Origin: Hyphococcus sp.
GTDB lineage: Bacteria; Pseudomonadota; Alphaproteobacteria; Caulobacterales; Parvularculaceae
Assembly: GCA_021776315.1 (NCBI GenBank)
Contig: JAJFGD010000067.1
Coordinates: 1 to 61,654 of the forward strand
DNA: 61,654 nucleotides
Direction: 5' to 3'
Under the pieces are notes generated by a model. That model was not told where the DNA came from. It made no database searches and worked only from the letters and a program-made list of their open reading frames with translations. A program made the translations under genes and the position numbers. Positions 39,068 to 49,256 of this stretch are shown here, piece by piece (the stretch's first letter is position 1; each line of letters begins with the position of its first letter).

Positions 39068-39943
39068 ATGACCGAATTCGTTACACGATTTGCGCCATCC
39101 CCGACTGGGTTGTTACATCTGGGCCACGCCTTTTCGGCGCTAACCGCCTTTAAGGCTGCACAAAATTCAGCAGGCAGGCTATTATTGCGTATCGAAGATA
39201 TCGACCTGACGCGGTGCAAGCCCAGCTTTGAGCAAGCGATATTTGACGATCTCACTTGGCTTGGACTCACATGGGAAAAACCTGTCCGGCGACAGTCAGA
39301 TCATTTCGAAGACTATGAAACTGCCTTGCAGATCCTTCGTGACAAAAATCTGGTTTATCGATGTTTTAAAACGCGCAAAGAAATTGCTGATGACATTGCC
39401 AGAGCACCCCATTTATCGCCTGACGGCCCTGAAGGGCCGCAATATATTGGTCAACCACTGAACCCTGCGCAAGAACAATCAAGCCTAGAAAAAGAAGAGC
39501 CTTTTGCATGGCGGCTATCGATGCAGGCAGCAAAGAATTATCTCGGTCGTCAATTTGAAGAATTGTCGTTTCTAGAGGAAGGGGCTGGACCAAAAGGCGA
39601 ATGCGGACGCGTATGTGCAACGCCACAAATATTTGGTGACGCAGTGATCGCGCGCAAAGATTTGGGTACAAGCTATCATCTTGCATCGGTCTTTGACGAT
39701 GCGTTGCAAGGGATAACGCATGTCATACGGGGAGAGGATTTGTTTCCCGCCACCCATCTACATCGTTTGTTGCAAGCCTTATTAGAGCTGCCTGAACCCG
39801 TTTATCGACATCACAAACTCATCACGGACGAGAATGGCAAACGCTTTTCTAAACGCGATCAATCGGTCACACTTTCCGCTATGCGCGCAAATGGCGTCAC
39901 GCCTTCGGAAATTCATTCCATGCTGGACGCATCAATCCGGTAA
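39068..39943 (+). CDS. gluQ: tRNA glutamyl-Q(34) synthetase GluQRS
   Basis: TRFAPSPTGLLHLGH, LRIEDID, THVIRGEDL and KRFSKRD motifs; short, lacking the GluRS anticodon domain. Confidence 0.93.
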   Translation: MTEFVTRFAPSPTGLLHLGHAFSALTAFKAAQNSAGRLLLRIEDIDLTRCKPSFEQAIFDDLTWLGLTWEKPVRRQSDHFEDYETALQILRDKNLVYRCFKTRKEIADDIARAPHLSPDGPEGPQYIGQPLNPAQEQSSLEKEEPFAWRLSMQAAKNYLGRQFEELSFLEEGAGPKGECGRVCATPQIFGDAVIARKDLGTSYHLASVFDDALQGITHVIRGEDLFPATHLHRLLQALLELPEPVYRHHKLITDENGKRFSKRDQSVTLSAMRANGVTPSEIHSMLDASIR

Positions 39944-40527
39944 TGGCCGGTGATTGTCCAATTAAACAAAACATCCTCAAGTTTAGGCCCGGAGCCAATA
40001 TTGTGCACAATTAGGGGCCGTCCCGAACCACCGGTTTTATGCGTGACAACACCAATATGGGGTAACCAACCACCACTATCGCCACGTAAATTCCACGCCA
40101 CAATATCGCCTGGCTGGTAGTTGGCGGGATCATTGCTGGTGGCTAAGCGCGCGCCGATCCGGGTAAAGAAAGTTTCGAGATTTGGCACTCGCCGATGATC
40201 GATATTTTTATCCGGACCAGTTAGTCCCCAATGTTTCGGATAAGCCGAAAATGTTGCGGCCATATCTTCATGCACCAATCGCTGTAGATCGTGTCCCAAC
40301 ACACGCAACACGCGGATCACAACATCAGCACAAACCCCTTTGTCCGGCGCAACATCGCCGCCTGGATAATCGAGACGCACATAGGCGGGATCATAAGTGA
40401 CTTGATGGCGCGTACGATCAAGCGCAGCATCGGAAAGACGCATCCCGAAATCAGTCGTTTGCGCCGAAGCCGTATGCGTAAAAACGGCAAGGACGGTCAG
40501 GACAGCGAGTATTGCTCGATAAGGCAT
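39913..40527 (-). CDS. DUF1287 (YijF-like) exported protein
   Basis: YDPAYVRLDYPGGDV, GVCADVVIR, DKNIDHRRVPNL, HIGVV and HNIG motifs. Confidence 0.88.
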   Translation of the reverse strand: MPYRAILAVLTVLAVFTHTASAQTTDFGMRLSDAALDRTRHQVTYDPAYVRLDYPGGDVAPDKGVCADVVIRVLRVLGHDLQRLVHEDMAATFSAYPKHWGLTGPDKNIDHRRVPNLETFFTRIGARLATSNDPANYQPGDIVAWNLRGDSGGWLPHIGVVTHKTGGSGRPLIVHNIGSGPKLEDVLFNWTITGHYRIDASSME

Positions 40528-40666
40528 GCCCTCAAGAAACAGAAAAATGGGGCAAATGAATGGCCATAAACACTTTCCGCCACGGTAAACTGAGGATAGT
40601 TTGCGGCAGAACGCTGGTGAAAATCTCGTATTCTTTCCTATATTGAGTGTTCAGAAGGAGATCAGC

Positions 40667-41125
40667 ATGTACCCGGACCACCCACTTTCCGATGAACGTG
40701 GCATCACGCCAATCGCGCTCACCCTAAATCTTTTATGGTTGGTATTTGGCGGCGCACTTGCAGCTTTAGGGTGGTTTATCGCGGCCCTTTTCATGGTGAT
40801 CACCATTGTCGGTATTCCTTGGGCGCGATCTGCATTTGACAATGGCGTTTATACGTTATGGCCATTTGGCGCGCGCCCATTAGCACGTGACCGTCTTTAT
40901 GGGGAAGATATCGGTACTGGTCCACTGGGATTTTTGGGCAATATCATTTGGTTTGTCTTAGCTGGCTGGTGGCTTGCTCTTGGTCATCTCTTTGCGGCAA
41001 TTGGCCTGGCGATCACTATCATCGGGTTACCTTTCGCCTGGGCACATCTCAAACTCGCTGGTTTTGCTCTTTGGCCAATTGGTCGGACAATTGTCTCTAG
41101 CGATCAAAGACGGGGTGCCTACTAG
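40667..41125 (+). CDS. yccF: YccF-domain inner membrane protein
   Basis: Two repeats: LNLLWLVFGG...ITIVGIPW...LWPFG and GNIIWFVLAG...ITIIGLPF...LWPIG. AAGGAG RBS precedes ATG 40667. Confidence 0.9.
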   Translation: MYPDHPLSDERGITPIALTLNLLWLVFGGALAALGWFIAALFMVITIVGIPWARSAFDNGVYTLWPFGARPLARDRLYGEDIGTGPLGFLGNIIWFVLAGWWLALGHLFAAIGLAITIIGLPFAWAHLKLAGFALWPIGRTIVSSDQRRGAY

Positions 41126-41199
41126 TTAGCCCGTCGTCTCAAGCGTTAAAGACACAGTATGACAATGTTGACTGGTGACTAAGTGCTCAATTTTCGCAA

Positions 41200-41625
41200 T
41201 TGACGGAGGCCGACCTAACGGCGGTTTTCGAAATCCGTCTCGCGGTTACCGAAAACAAAGTCACGATGAGCCGTCTCGTGGAACTCGGCTTAACACCAGT
41301 ATCCGTTGCGAAAGCTTTGAAGGGGCAAGCTATCGGCTGGGTCTGTACTGATAGTGAAAACGTCGTTGGTTTTGCGATAGGTGACGGCGCATCCGGCGAG
41401 GTCACGGTCCTCGCCACAATGCCCGGCTATGAAGGTCGCGGCATTGGCAAAACACTTATGCAACTTGTACAGGCCTGGCTATTCAACAAAGGGCATAAGG
41501 AAATTTGGCTGGTCACGGAGCCAAATCCCGGCTTTCGCGCCTATGGATTTTATCAATCGCTTGGCTGGACCCCAACAGGCAAAATGATCGGTGAAGATGA
41601 AAAATTGACCCTACAACGGCCATGA
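41200..41625 (+). CDS. GNAT family N-acetyltransferase
   Basis: Acetyl-CoA motif PGYEGRGIGKTLM and AYGFYQSLGW. Start uncertain (TTG). Confidence 0.85.
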   Translation: MTEADLTAVFEIRLAVTENKVTMSRLVELGLTPVSVAKALKGQAIGWVCTDSENVVGFAIGDGASGEVTVLATMPGYEGRGIGKTLMQLVQAWLFNKGHKEIWLVTEPNPGFRAYGFYQSLGWTPTGKMIGEDEKLTLQRP

Positions 41626-41646
41626 AAAAAAATAACCCAACCACGA

Positions 41647-42120
41647 TTAGCGCGCGGCCTTCACCACAAGCTTTGTTCCATCCGCCGCTGTAATTTCTAC
41701 TTGCAGTCCCGCCGCTAGATCGTCGCCAGTATCGCTTTCTGCAAGCCATAAGGTATCGCCAAGGCGAACTTTACCGGCACCATTGACAAAAGCTTGATCA
41801 ACAGTGGCTTTGCGGCCAACTTTTTGAGCACCGCGATCGTTCAAGGTTATATGGTCCGACTGGGTCTTATGCAGCCAAGGTTTTACTTTTGCAGGTGCCA
41901 CGATCGATAAAACGATGGTGATAACAGAAAAAATGATTAATTGAATTTGCCATTGCCCGTCTAATGGCCAGATATCGACAAAGCCCACAAGCGCCGCAGC
42001 AATTGCCGGCCATAAGAAATAGGTCGACCCTGTAAGTAATTCGATGGTGAGCAAAGCGAGCGCAAATACCCACCAATACCAAAAAGGCATCGTCGACAAA
42101 AATACTATGACATCTTCCAT
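41647..42120 (-). CDS. NfeD family protein (YbbJ-like)
   Basis: Trp-rich N-terminal TMs, LNDRGAQKVG and OB-fold GKVRLGDTLW; directly downstream of the SPFH gene. Confidence 0.9.
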   Translation of the reverse strand: MEDVIVFLSTMPFWYWWVFALALLTIELLTGSTYFLWPAIAAALVGFVDIWPLDGQWQIQLIIFSVITIVLSIVAPAKVKPWLHKTQSDHITLNDRGAQKVGRKATVDQAFVNGAGKVRLGDTLWLAESDTGDDLAAGLQVEITAADGTKLVVKAAR

Positions 42121-42218
42121 TTAAAAACTCCCATGCCGGCGATTACCAAACAATAGATTACATACGCGAATGTTCGCTAGTCTTTTATGAATGTCGAATT
42201 ACGGAAATTCATGTCTCG

Positions 42219-43175
42219 CTACGAGGCATCTGGAACTGAACCACGAGACCGTGTGTTTGCCTTGTTGCCATCCAACGCTTCCTTGGCCAGCGTGCCAATC
42301 CCGGCAATTGTACCGACCAACGCACTCATATCTGCGGGTAAGATCAATGTTTTTTGTTGCGGTGAGATCGCCAATTTTTCGAACGCCTTCACATAATCTT
42401 GTGCGACAAAATAATTGATTGCTTGAACGTCACCTTTTGAGATTGCTTCTGACACCATGCGTGTTGCCTCAGCTTCGGCCTGCGCTTCTCGCTCGCGCGC
42501 TTCCGCATCACGAAACGCGGCTTCGCGGCGCCCCTCAGCTTCCAGAATTGCCGATTGCTTTTCACCTTCGGCCCGTAAGACTGCCGATTGTTTTTCACCT
42601 TCTGCTGTCAAAATCTCTGCGCGCTTCAATCGCTCCGCCTTCATCTGTCGCGCCATCGCCTCAGTAATGTCAGCCGGCGGCTCAAGGTCTTTAATCTCGA
42701 CACGGGTTACTTTGACGCCCCATGGTTGGGTTGCAGCATCAATAACCCGCAACAACCGTTCATTGATGTCATCACGATTGGAAAGTACCTCGTCGAGATC
42801 CAGCGATCCAATCACGGTACGAACATTCGTCATCGACAAATTTGAAATTGCTCGGGTGAGGTTGTGAACTTCATAGGCCGCCGCCGCCGCGTCCATCACT
42901 TGTATAAAAGCAATGGCATCTGTGCTGACCTGGGCGTTGTCGCGCGTAATAACCTCCTGTGAGGGAATATCGAGCACCTGCTCCATCATATTCATGCGGT
43001 GCCCGACCCGGTCGACAAAAGGGATCAGAAAATGAAGGCCTGGCTTAAGCGTCTTGGTGTAGCGCCCAAATCGTTCGACTGTGAATTCGAAACCTTGCGG
43101 AATGACCTTTACGGTCGAGAACATCAAAATGATGGCCAGCACCACCAAACCCGCGACGAATAATTCAAAGCCCAT
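42219..43175 (-). CDS. qmcA: SPFH/band-7 protein (QmcA/YbbK-like)
   Basis: [37 protein letters not shown] and QMKAER motifs. Confidence 0.9.
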   Translation of the reverse strand: MGFELFVAGLVVLAIILMFSTVKVIPQGFEFTVERFGRYTKTLKPGLHFLIPFVDRVGHRMNMMEQVLDIPSQEVITRDNAQVSTDAIAFIQVMDAAAAAYEVHNLTRAISNLSMTNVRTVIGSLDLDEVLSNRDDINERLLRVIDAATQPWGVKVTRVEIKDLEPPADITEAMARQMKAERLKRAEILTAEGEKQSAVLRAEGEKQSAILEAEGRREAAFRDAEAREREAQAEAEATRMVSEAISKGDVQAINYFVAQDYVKAFEKLAISPQQKTLILPADMSALVGTIAGIGTLAKEALDGNKANTRSRGSVPDAS

Positions 43176-43377
43176 AAAAACCCCTCCTGGTTGCGATTGT
43201 TTTATTTAAGTCGTGACGGTCTGGTCATTTTTCCAGGCTTGAAAATTCGATTTTTTTCACTAGGCGCTTGAAATTACACATTTTTTCTCAAAATCAGACA
43301 CAAATAATCAAGCGATGCGGTCAAGCGACACAAATGTTCTAAAGTAACTTCTTTCACCCATACCCCCTACCGAGTCG

Positions 43378-43393
43378 GTTAAGCTCAGGTTAA
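43378..43393. promoter_or_regulatory. CtrA binding site
   Basis: GTTAA-GCTCAGG-TTAA; the minus strand reads TTAA-N7-TTAAC, an exact match to the CtrA consensus. Confidence 0.65.
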
Positions 43394-43394
43394 A

Positions 43395-45191
43395 ATGACC
43401 TTTATGAGTGGGATGCGTAATGTCTGCCGATCGTTGGGGATCGCTGCCGTCACGGCAGCGTTGTCTCTATTTGGCCCTGCGCAAGCCGAGATCCCTGCGG
43501 CTTTAAATACCGGCAAAACCTGGAAGGTTTACAAAACGCAGTGGGATGCGTCTGACGAAGATGGGTATGCGGCATTCGTGCAAGCGATTGGGCGATCTGA
43601 CTGTAATTCTCTCGAGTCATGCTTGCGCAGCGAAGCCAACCCCTATCGCTCTGATGTCGATCCGCGCTTACCGGGCGATTGCGCAGATATGGCCTATGTC
43701 TTGCGCGCCTATTACGCCTGGAAAAACGGGCTGCCATTTTCTTATCAAAATGCGATGCGCACGGCTGACGGAACGCGCCAGGACCTTCGTTATTCGACGG
43801 AAGGAAACATTGTTTCTGGTCGCCGCCGTATTTTAAACTATGTCAGCAATGCCCCAAGTTTTTTACGGCGTATTGGCGGCGAGGTGTCGACGGCGATGTT
43901 CCGCACACACCCCGATAGTGGCGGCGGCAACAGTCATGATGATTTCTATCCCGTCAAAATCACCCGCGATGCAGTGCGCCCTGGCGTTATAGCCTATGAC
44001 ATTTATGGACATGTGGGGATCGTTTACGACATTTTGGAAAATGGACGCGTGCTCGTGGTCGCATCGCATCCTGATAATTCAGTAACGCGCTCCGCTTATG
44101 GTCCGAATTTTATGCGCTCTAAACCAGCGCTCGGGGCTGGCCTGAAAGCATGGCGGCCGATTAGCATTACCAATGCTGAAAAACAAACAGACGGCTCCCT
44201 TGTCGGCGGGCAACTAGAAGTTGCCTCCAATGATGAGTTGGAAAATTACTCCCTTGAACAATATGTCGGGAATGTTCCGCACCCATCAGAAATCTGGCAT
44301 TATGGTGAATTCGAACATGAAGGCCGCACGCTGAAATATTACGACTATGTGCGGCGCCGTCTCGCGTCGCCCAATTTTCAATACAACCCCATTGAGGAGT
44401 TGAGATTTGGCCTTCAAACCATTTGCGGCTCGATTAAAGCGCGCAAGACGGCTGTGGATGCTGCTTATATGCGACGGGTGCATCTCAAACCGCATCCCAC
44501 AAAACTGCCCCCCAATATATTTGGCACCTATGGGGAGTGGGAAGAGTTTTCCACGCCATCACGGGACGCACGCTTGAAAGTGAGCTTTATCGAGCTACGC
44601 CGTGACGTTCAAGCCTTGGTCGAGGCTGTCGACGCCGATGCACCGGGGGTTGATTATCAAGGCACAGATCTAGCCGGAGAATTGGCACAAACATTCGAAG
44701 AAGAACAAAACGCTTGCAAGTTCACCTATTGGCGGTCTGACAATACTCGGGTGCGTCTCAGCCTGGGCCATGTGATGGATCGTTTGTTCGATTTGTCTTT
44801 CGATCCCTATCATTGTCCGGAACGACGTTGGGGTGCCCGCGGCGCCGAGCTGGAGACCTGCACAGACGATACGACGAAAGAGCGCTGGTATAATGCGCAG
44901 CGGTTCCTGCGTTATCAGGCACGACGCACTTATGATGTCCGGATGGATTTCACTGTCGACGAATTGCAACCGCCAATGGTGGCGACGCCGCAAGAAGGGG
45001 GCCTCGGCGTTGAAATGCCCGCTGACGCCGACATCCGCGCGTATCTGTCGCGTCTCAATGAAACCGTGGTGGCCGAGAATTCCGGACCGACAACGCCTGC
45101 GGTTTTCCAGTCAATTTCGGCGGAAAACGAGGCATTCGCAGTGGTTTTCCCGGCATGGCATGCCAATGGCGGGATCGCTCTGAAGCCTTAA
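43395..45191 (+). CDS. Secreted hypothetical protein, putative papain-like/NlpC-P60-like cysteine hydrolase
   Basis: Signal peptide ending PAQA; GDCADMAY (candidate catalytic Cys) and YGHVGIV (candidate catalytic His). True start may be 43404 or 43413. Confidence 0.6.
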   Translation: MTFMSGMRNVCRSLGIAAVTAALSLFGPAQAEIPAALNTGKTWKVYKTQWDASDEDGYAAFVQAIGRSDCNSLESCLRSEANPYRSDVDPRLPGDCADMAYVLRAYYAWKNGLPFSYQNAMRTADGTRQDLRYSTEGNIVSGRRRILNYVSNAPSFLRRIGGEVSTAMFRTHPDSGGGNSHDDFYPVKITRDAVRPGVIAYDIYGHVGIVYDILENGRVLVVASHPDNSVTRSAYGPNFMRSKPALGAGLKAWRPISITNAEKQTDGSLVGGQLEVASNDELENYSLEQYVGNVPHPSEIWHYGEFEHEGRTLKYYDYVRRRLASPNFQYNPIEELRFGLQTICGSIKARKTAVDAAYMRRVHLKPHPTKLPPNIFGTYGEWEEFSTPSRDARLKVSFIELRRDVQALVEAVDADAPGVDYQGTDLAGELAQTFEEEQNACKFTYWRSDNTRVRLSLGHVMDRLFDLSFDPYHCPERRWGARGAELETCTDDTTKERWYNAQRFLRYQARRTYDVRMDFTVDELQPPMVATPQEGGLGVEMPADADIRAYLSRLNETVVAENSGPTTPAVFQSISAENEAFAVVFPAWHANGGIALKP

Positions 45192-45272
45192 TTGCACCCA
45201 TCCAAGCATACACGGCAGGCGTAGAATATTCAGCAAGTTCGGCCTATAAAGCTTGCAGAAAGGCGCATCCCC

Positions 45273-45479
45273 ATGAGCAGTTTTATCTTCTTTTTGATTC
45301 CAATCGGCCTTGCCGCAACGGCCATAATTTTGGGCGTCGGGATTTTCTCGCTCGCGAAAGGCGGCGCATTTGCCAAAGAAAATGGCAATAAGCTGATGCG
45401 TTTGCGGGTCGCAGCCCAAGCCGTGACGATCGGCCTGATGATGTTGTTTTTGCTCCTGATTGGTCAGGCTGGATCGTAA
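45273..45479 (+). CDS. HIG1-domain twin-TM small protein
   Basis: GNKLMRLRVAAQA motif between two TM helices. Confidence 0.88.
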   Translation: MSSFIFFLIPIGLAATAIILGVGIFSLAKGGAFAKENGNKLMRLRVAAQAVTIGLMMLFLLLIGQAGS

Positions 45480-45638
45480 CCCGACCCGGGCCTAGCAGTT
45501 CTCGTAAATTCTGCTGATAACGCGCATTGAAACGCGGTTTACCGCCCGCTATGGTGCGCTGCGAAACCACGGGGCGTGTTTAGTCGCCCTCCATTTTATT
45601 ATTATCCCCTCACCCATGGGATCCGCCAGGAGCTACAG

Positions 45639-46388
45639 ATGAAAGTCCTCGTGCCTGTTAAACGCGTGATCGACTATAATGTGAAAGTCCGCGTCAAATC
45701 AGACCAGTCAGGTGTCGACCTCGCCAATGTCAAAATGTCGATGAACCCGTTTGACGAAATTGCCGTTGAAGAGGCGATCCGCCTTAAAGAAGCCGGAACG
45801 GCAACGGAAATTGTCGCCATATCAATCGGCCCGGAAAAAGCGCAAGACCAAATTCGCCAAGCATTGGCCATGGGCGCTGACCGCGGCATCTTGATCAAGA
45901 CCGACGCTGACGTCGAACCCCTTGCTGTCGCAAAGCTTTTGAAAAAAGTTGTCGAAGAAGAAAGCCCGGAGCTTTGCATTCTCGGTAAACAAGCCATCGA
46001 TGATGATTCTAACCAAACCGGTCAAATGCTCGCGGCCATGCTTGGATGGGCGCAAGGCACATTCGCCTCAAAGGTTGAAACCGCTGATGGCTCTATCAAC
46101 GTCACCCGCGAAATCGATGGTGGCTTGCAAACAGTTTCACTGAAACTACCGGCTGTGGTGACCACGGATCTGCGTTTGAATGAGCCACGTTACGCATCAT
46201 TGCCGAACATCATGAAGGCCAAGAAAAAGCCATTGGATGTGAAAGATATTGGTGATTACGGTGTTGATATCGCACCACGCCTTGAAACGGTGAAAGTGAC
46301 AGAACCACCAAAACGTGAAGCGGGTATCAAAGTTGAAACCGTCGCTGACCTTGTCGACAAACTGAAAAACGAAGCGGGAGTACTTTAA
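45639..46388 (+). CDS. etfB: Electron transfer flavoprotein beta subunit
   Basis: [33 protein letters not shown] and RLNEPRY motifs; AGGAG RBS. Confidence 0.97.
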   Translation: MKVLVPVKRVIDYNVKVRVKSDQSGVDLANVKMSMNPFDEIAVEEAIRLKEAGTATEIVAISIGPEKAQDQIRQALAMGADRGILIKTDADVEPLAVAKLLKKVVEEESPELCILGKQAIDDDSNQTGQMLAAMLGWAQGTFASKVETADGSINVTREIDGGLQTVSLKLPAVVTTDLRLNEPRYASLPNIMKAKKKPLDVKDIGDYGVDIAPRLETVKVTEPPKREAGIKVETVADLVDKLKNEAGVL

Positions 46389-46390
46389 TC

Positions 46391-47323
46391 ATGGCTGTTC
46401 TCGTTGTTGCAGACATTCACGGAAACTCAATTGATGAGTCGACACACAAAACCGTCACAGCGGCGCTCGCGATCAATGGCGATGTCGATGTGCTGATTGC
46501 TGGTGCAGGTGCGGGTGATGCCGCAGCCGCCGCGGCTAAAATATCCGGCGTGCGCAAAGTGTTGCACGCTGATGCTCCACAATATGAGCACCGTTTAGCG
46601 GAGCCGATGGCCGCATTAATCGTATCGATCGCAGATGGCTATGAGGCAATTTTAAAAACAGCCGCGACCACGGGCAAAAATGTACTACCGCGTGTCGCTG
46701 CCTTGCTAGACGTGATGCAAATCTCAGAAATTGTCGCAGTCGAAGCGCCAGACACATTTGTCCGCCCGATCTATGCGGGCAATGCCATGCAGACGGTTAA
46801 GTCTAATGATGCGAAAAAAGTCATCACGGTGCGGGCAACCGCGTTTCAAGCCGCCGCCGAGGATGGCAGTGCCACCGTTGAAGGTGTTGCGGTTGCAGAT
46901 GATCCAGGTCTTTCTTCTTTCGTTGGCGAGGAACTGACTAAATCCGAGCGCCCAGAACTCACTGGCGCAAAGATCGTGATTTCCGGCGGTCGTGCTCTTG
47001 GGTCTTACGAAAACTTTGAAGAATATATCTTCCCGGTTGCCGACAAACTTGGTGCAGCGGTTGGTGCCTCGCGCGCCGCTGTTGATGCGGGCTATGTGCC
47101 AAATGATTATCAAGTTGGTCAGACCGGTAAGGTCGTTGCCCCAGAACTTTATATTGCGGTTGGTATTTCCGGTGCCATTCAGCACCTTGCCGGGATGAAA
47201 GATTCTAAAGTCATCGTCGCAATCAACAAAGACGAAGAAGCACCGATCTTCCAAGTCGCAGATTACGGCCTTGTCGCCGATTTGTTCAAAGCCTTGCCGG
47301 AATTGAACGACGCGCTGGGATAA
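46391..47323 (+). CDS. etfA: Electron transfer flavoprotein alpha subunit
   Basis: RPIYAGN, GASRAAVDAG, QVGQTGK and GISGAIQHLAGM motifs. Confidence 0.97.
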   Translation: MAVLVVADIHGNSIDESTHKTVTAALAINGDVDVLIAGAGAGDAAAAAAKISGVRKVLHADAPQYEHRLAEPMAALIVSIADGYEAILKTAATTGKNVLPRVAALLDVMQISEIVAVEAPDTFVRPIYAGNAMQTVKSNDAKKVITVRATAFQAAAEDGSATVEGVAVADDPGLSSFVGEELTKSERPELTGAKIVISGGRALGSYENFEEYIFPVADKLGAAVGASRAAVDAGYVPNDYQVGQTGKVVAPELYIAVGISGAIQHLAGMKDSKVIVAINKDEEAPIFQVADYGLVADLFKALPELNDALG

Positions 47324-47348
47324 TACGCGCGATACGCATTACTGAATG

Positions 47349-47379
47349 AAAAAACCCCGCTTCGTTGCGGGGTTTTTTT
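47349..47379 (+). terminator. Rho-independent terminator after etfA
   Basis: AAAAAACCCCGC-ttcgtt-GCGGGGTTTTTTT. Confidence 0.9.
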
Positions 47380-47483
47380 GTGCGGTTACCGCAATAAATT
47401 GCCGATTCCAGTGTCCGCAAGAATCGGGTCGCGTAAAATGGCGCTCGCCATCACACTCGCTCCAACAACCATGGAGCAAAGCA

Positions 47484-47951
47484 ATGTCATTCGTTATATC
47501 CGGTCTACCAGCCGATGACTTCACACATCTTTTCGGGGCCACTGATGCTGAGCTCGAAAAACACGGTGTGATCCGCAAAATTGCCAATACGAAACCGGGA
47601 TACCCCTGCCGCGTCACGCTAGAGGATGCGGAACCCGGTGAGCCCGTGTTGTTACTCAACTACGAAAGCCACCAAGTTAAAAATCCCTACCGCTCTGCCT
47701 ATGCCATTTATGTGCGCGAAGGCCAGAACGCACCGAAAACCTATAAAGATGCATTGCCCCCCGTCTTCATTGGACGCCCTATTGCCCTGCGGATTTTTGA
47801 CAAGGACGGTATGTTAATCGGTGCGGATCTTGATGTCGCCGGCGACCTGACGGCAAAAATCGAAAAAGCATTTGAAGATCCAAAAGCTGACTACATCCAT
47901 GCTCATAATGCGATGCACGGATGTTTTGCTGCGGAAATTCGCCGTGGCTAG
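47484..47951 (+). CDS. DUF1203 family protein
   Basis: PGYPCRVTLEDAEPGE, PYRSAYAIYV and YIHAHNAMHGCF motifs; GGAG RBS precedes ATG 47484. Confidence 0.88.
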   Translation: MSFVISGLPADDFTHLFGATDAELEKHGVIRKIANTKPGYPCRVTLEDAEPGEPVLLLNYESHQVKNPYRSAYAIYVREGQNAPKTYKDALPPVFIGRPIALRIFDKDGMLIGADLDVAGDLTAKIEKAFEDPKADYIHAHNAMHGCFAAEIRRG

Positions 47952-48040
47952 TTGTTGCGACAGTAACGCATGATTGCCAGGCGGTTTCCGGCTGCTATGA
48001 TTCCGAAGCATTTCAATTTCAGAGATGATCGGGAACGACT

Positions 48041-48922
48041 ATGGGCATTCAGATTAAATCCGTTGGCATTATTGGTGCCGGACAAATGGGCGGCGGCATC
48101 GCCCATGTATTTGCGCTCGCTGGTTATGACGTGTTGCTCAATGATATTGCCGAAACGCAAATCACAACGGCCTTGTCGCTGATTGAGAAAAATCTTGATC
48201 GCCAGGTTGGAAAAGGCGTGATCGATCCAGCGGCGGCAAAATCGGCCCATGAGCGTATCAAACCGGCCACTGACCTCGCCAATCTTGCCAATTGTGATTT
48301 GATCGTCGAATCAGCAACAGAAAATCAGGCCCTAAAGAAAGAGATTTTTACGAGCCTGACTAAGATCGTACGGAAAGATACGATTTTGGCAACGAACACC
48401 TCGTCGATTTCCATTACTGGCCTCGCAGCGGTGACCGACCGACCGGACCAATTCATTGGCCTTCATTTCATGAACCCGGCCCCGTTGATGAAACTGGTGG
48501 AAGTCATCCGCGGCATTGCGACCTCAAAAGAAACATTTGAAACGACCAAAGCGGTTGTTGAGCGGCTCGATAAGACAATGTCTGTATCGGAAGATTTTCC
48601 GGCGTTTATCGTCAATCGTATATTGATGCCGATGATCAATGAGGCGATCTACACTCTCTATGAAGGTGTCGGTTCCGTTGAAGCCATCGACACAGGCATG
48701 AAGCTTGGTGCCAATCATCCCATGGGTCCATTACAGCTCGCAGATTTTATTGGCTTGGATACCTGCCTCGCCATTATGCAAGTCTTATACGAAGGTCTTG
48801 CCGATACGAAATACCGTCCGTGTCCATTGCTTGTGAAATATGTGGAAGCTGGTTGGCTCGGCAAAAAAACTGGTCGCGGATTTTATGACTATTCTGGCGA
48901 AACACCACAACCAACACGCTAG
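48041..48922 (+). CDS. hbd: 3-hydroxybutyryl-CoA dehydrogenase
   Basis: GAGQMGGGIA, ATNTSSISIT, GLHFMNP, HPMGPLQLAD and GKKTGRGFY motifs. Confidence 0.95.
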   Translation: MGIQIKSVGIIGAGQMGGGIAHVFALAGYDVLLNDIAETQITTALSLIEKNLDRQVGKGVIDPAAAKSAHERIKPATDLANLANCDLIVESATENQALKKEIFTSLTKIVRKDTILATNTSSISITGLAAVTDRPDQFIGLHFMNPAPLMKLVEVIRGIATSKETFETTKAVVERLDKTMSVSEDFPAFIVNRILMPMINEAIYTLYEGVGSVEAIDTGMKLGANHPMGPLQLADFIGLDTCLAIMQVLYEGLADTKYRPCPLLVKYVEAGWLGKKTGRGFYDYSGETPQPTR

Positions 48923-48997
48923 CGTTTGATTCCTTGAATAATAATGGTCTAATGCCCCGACAAAAGCGCCTGGGGGCGCATTGACCAAGGAGTAATT

Positions 48998-49201
48998 ATG
49001 TCTGTCGCTAAAGTTACGGAAATTATCAGCGGTTCCAGCAAAAGCTTTCAAGATGCCATTGAAACCGGCATCGAGCGCGCCAACAAAACCCTCAGCAATA
49101 TTGAAGGGGCTTGGGTGAAAGACCAATCCATGATTTTGGACAAAGGGAAAATCAAAGAATATCGCGTCGTGATGAAAGTGACGTTCATTTTAAAAGACTA
49201 A
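48998..49201 (+). CDS. Dodecin family protein
   Basis: SVAKVTEI...SFQDAIETGIERANKTL...WVKD...EYRV; AAGGAG RBS. Confidence 0.9.
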   Translation: MSVAKVTEIISGSSKSFQDAIETGIERANKTLSNIEGAWVKDQSMILDKGKIKEYRVVMKVTFILKD

Positions 49202-49212
49202 ACCCCAAAAAC

Positions 49213-49246
49213 AGAGTGGTGTCGCTCGTTCGAACGACACCACTCT
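49213..49246. terminator. Hairpin between convergent genes
   Basis: agagtggtgtcg-N10-cgacaccactct, a perfect 12-bp stem. Confidence 0.7.
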
Positions 49247-49256
49247 CTATAGAAAT

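Noticed and set aside
41183-41203. Possible frameshift at the GNAT start (GTG CTC AAT TTT CGC in another frame)
   Set aside because: The in-frame TTG start gives a near-complete domain, so a frameshift cannot be supported without homologs or reads.
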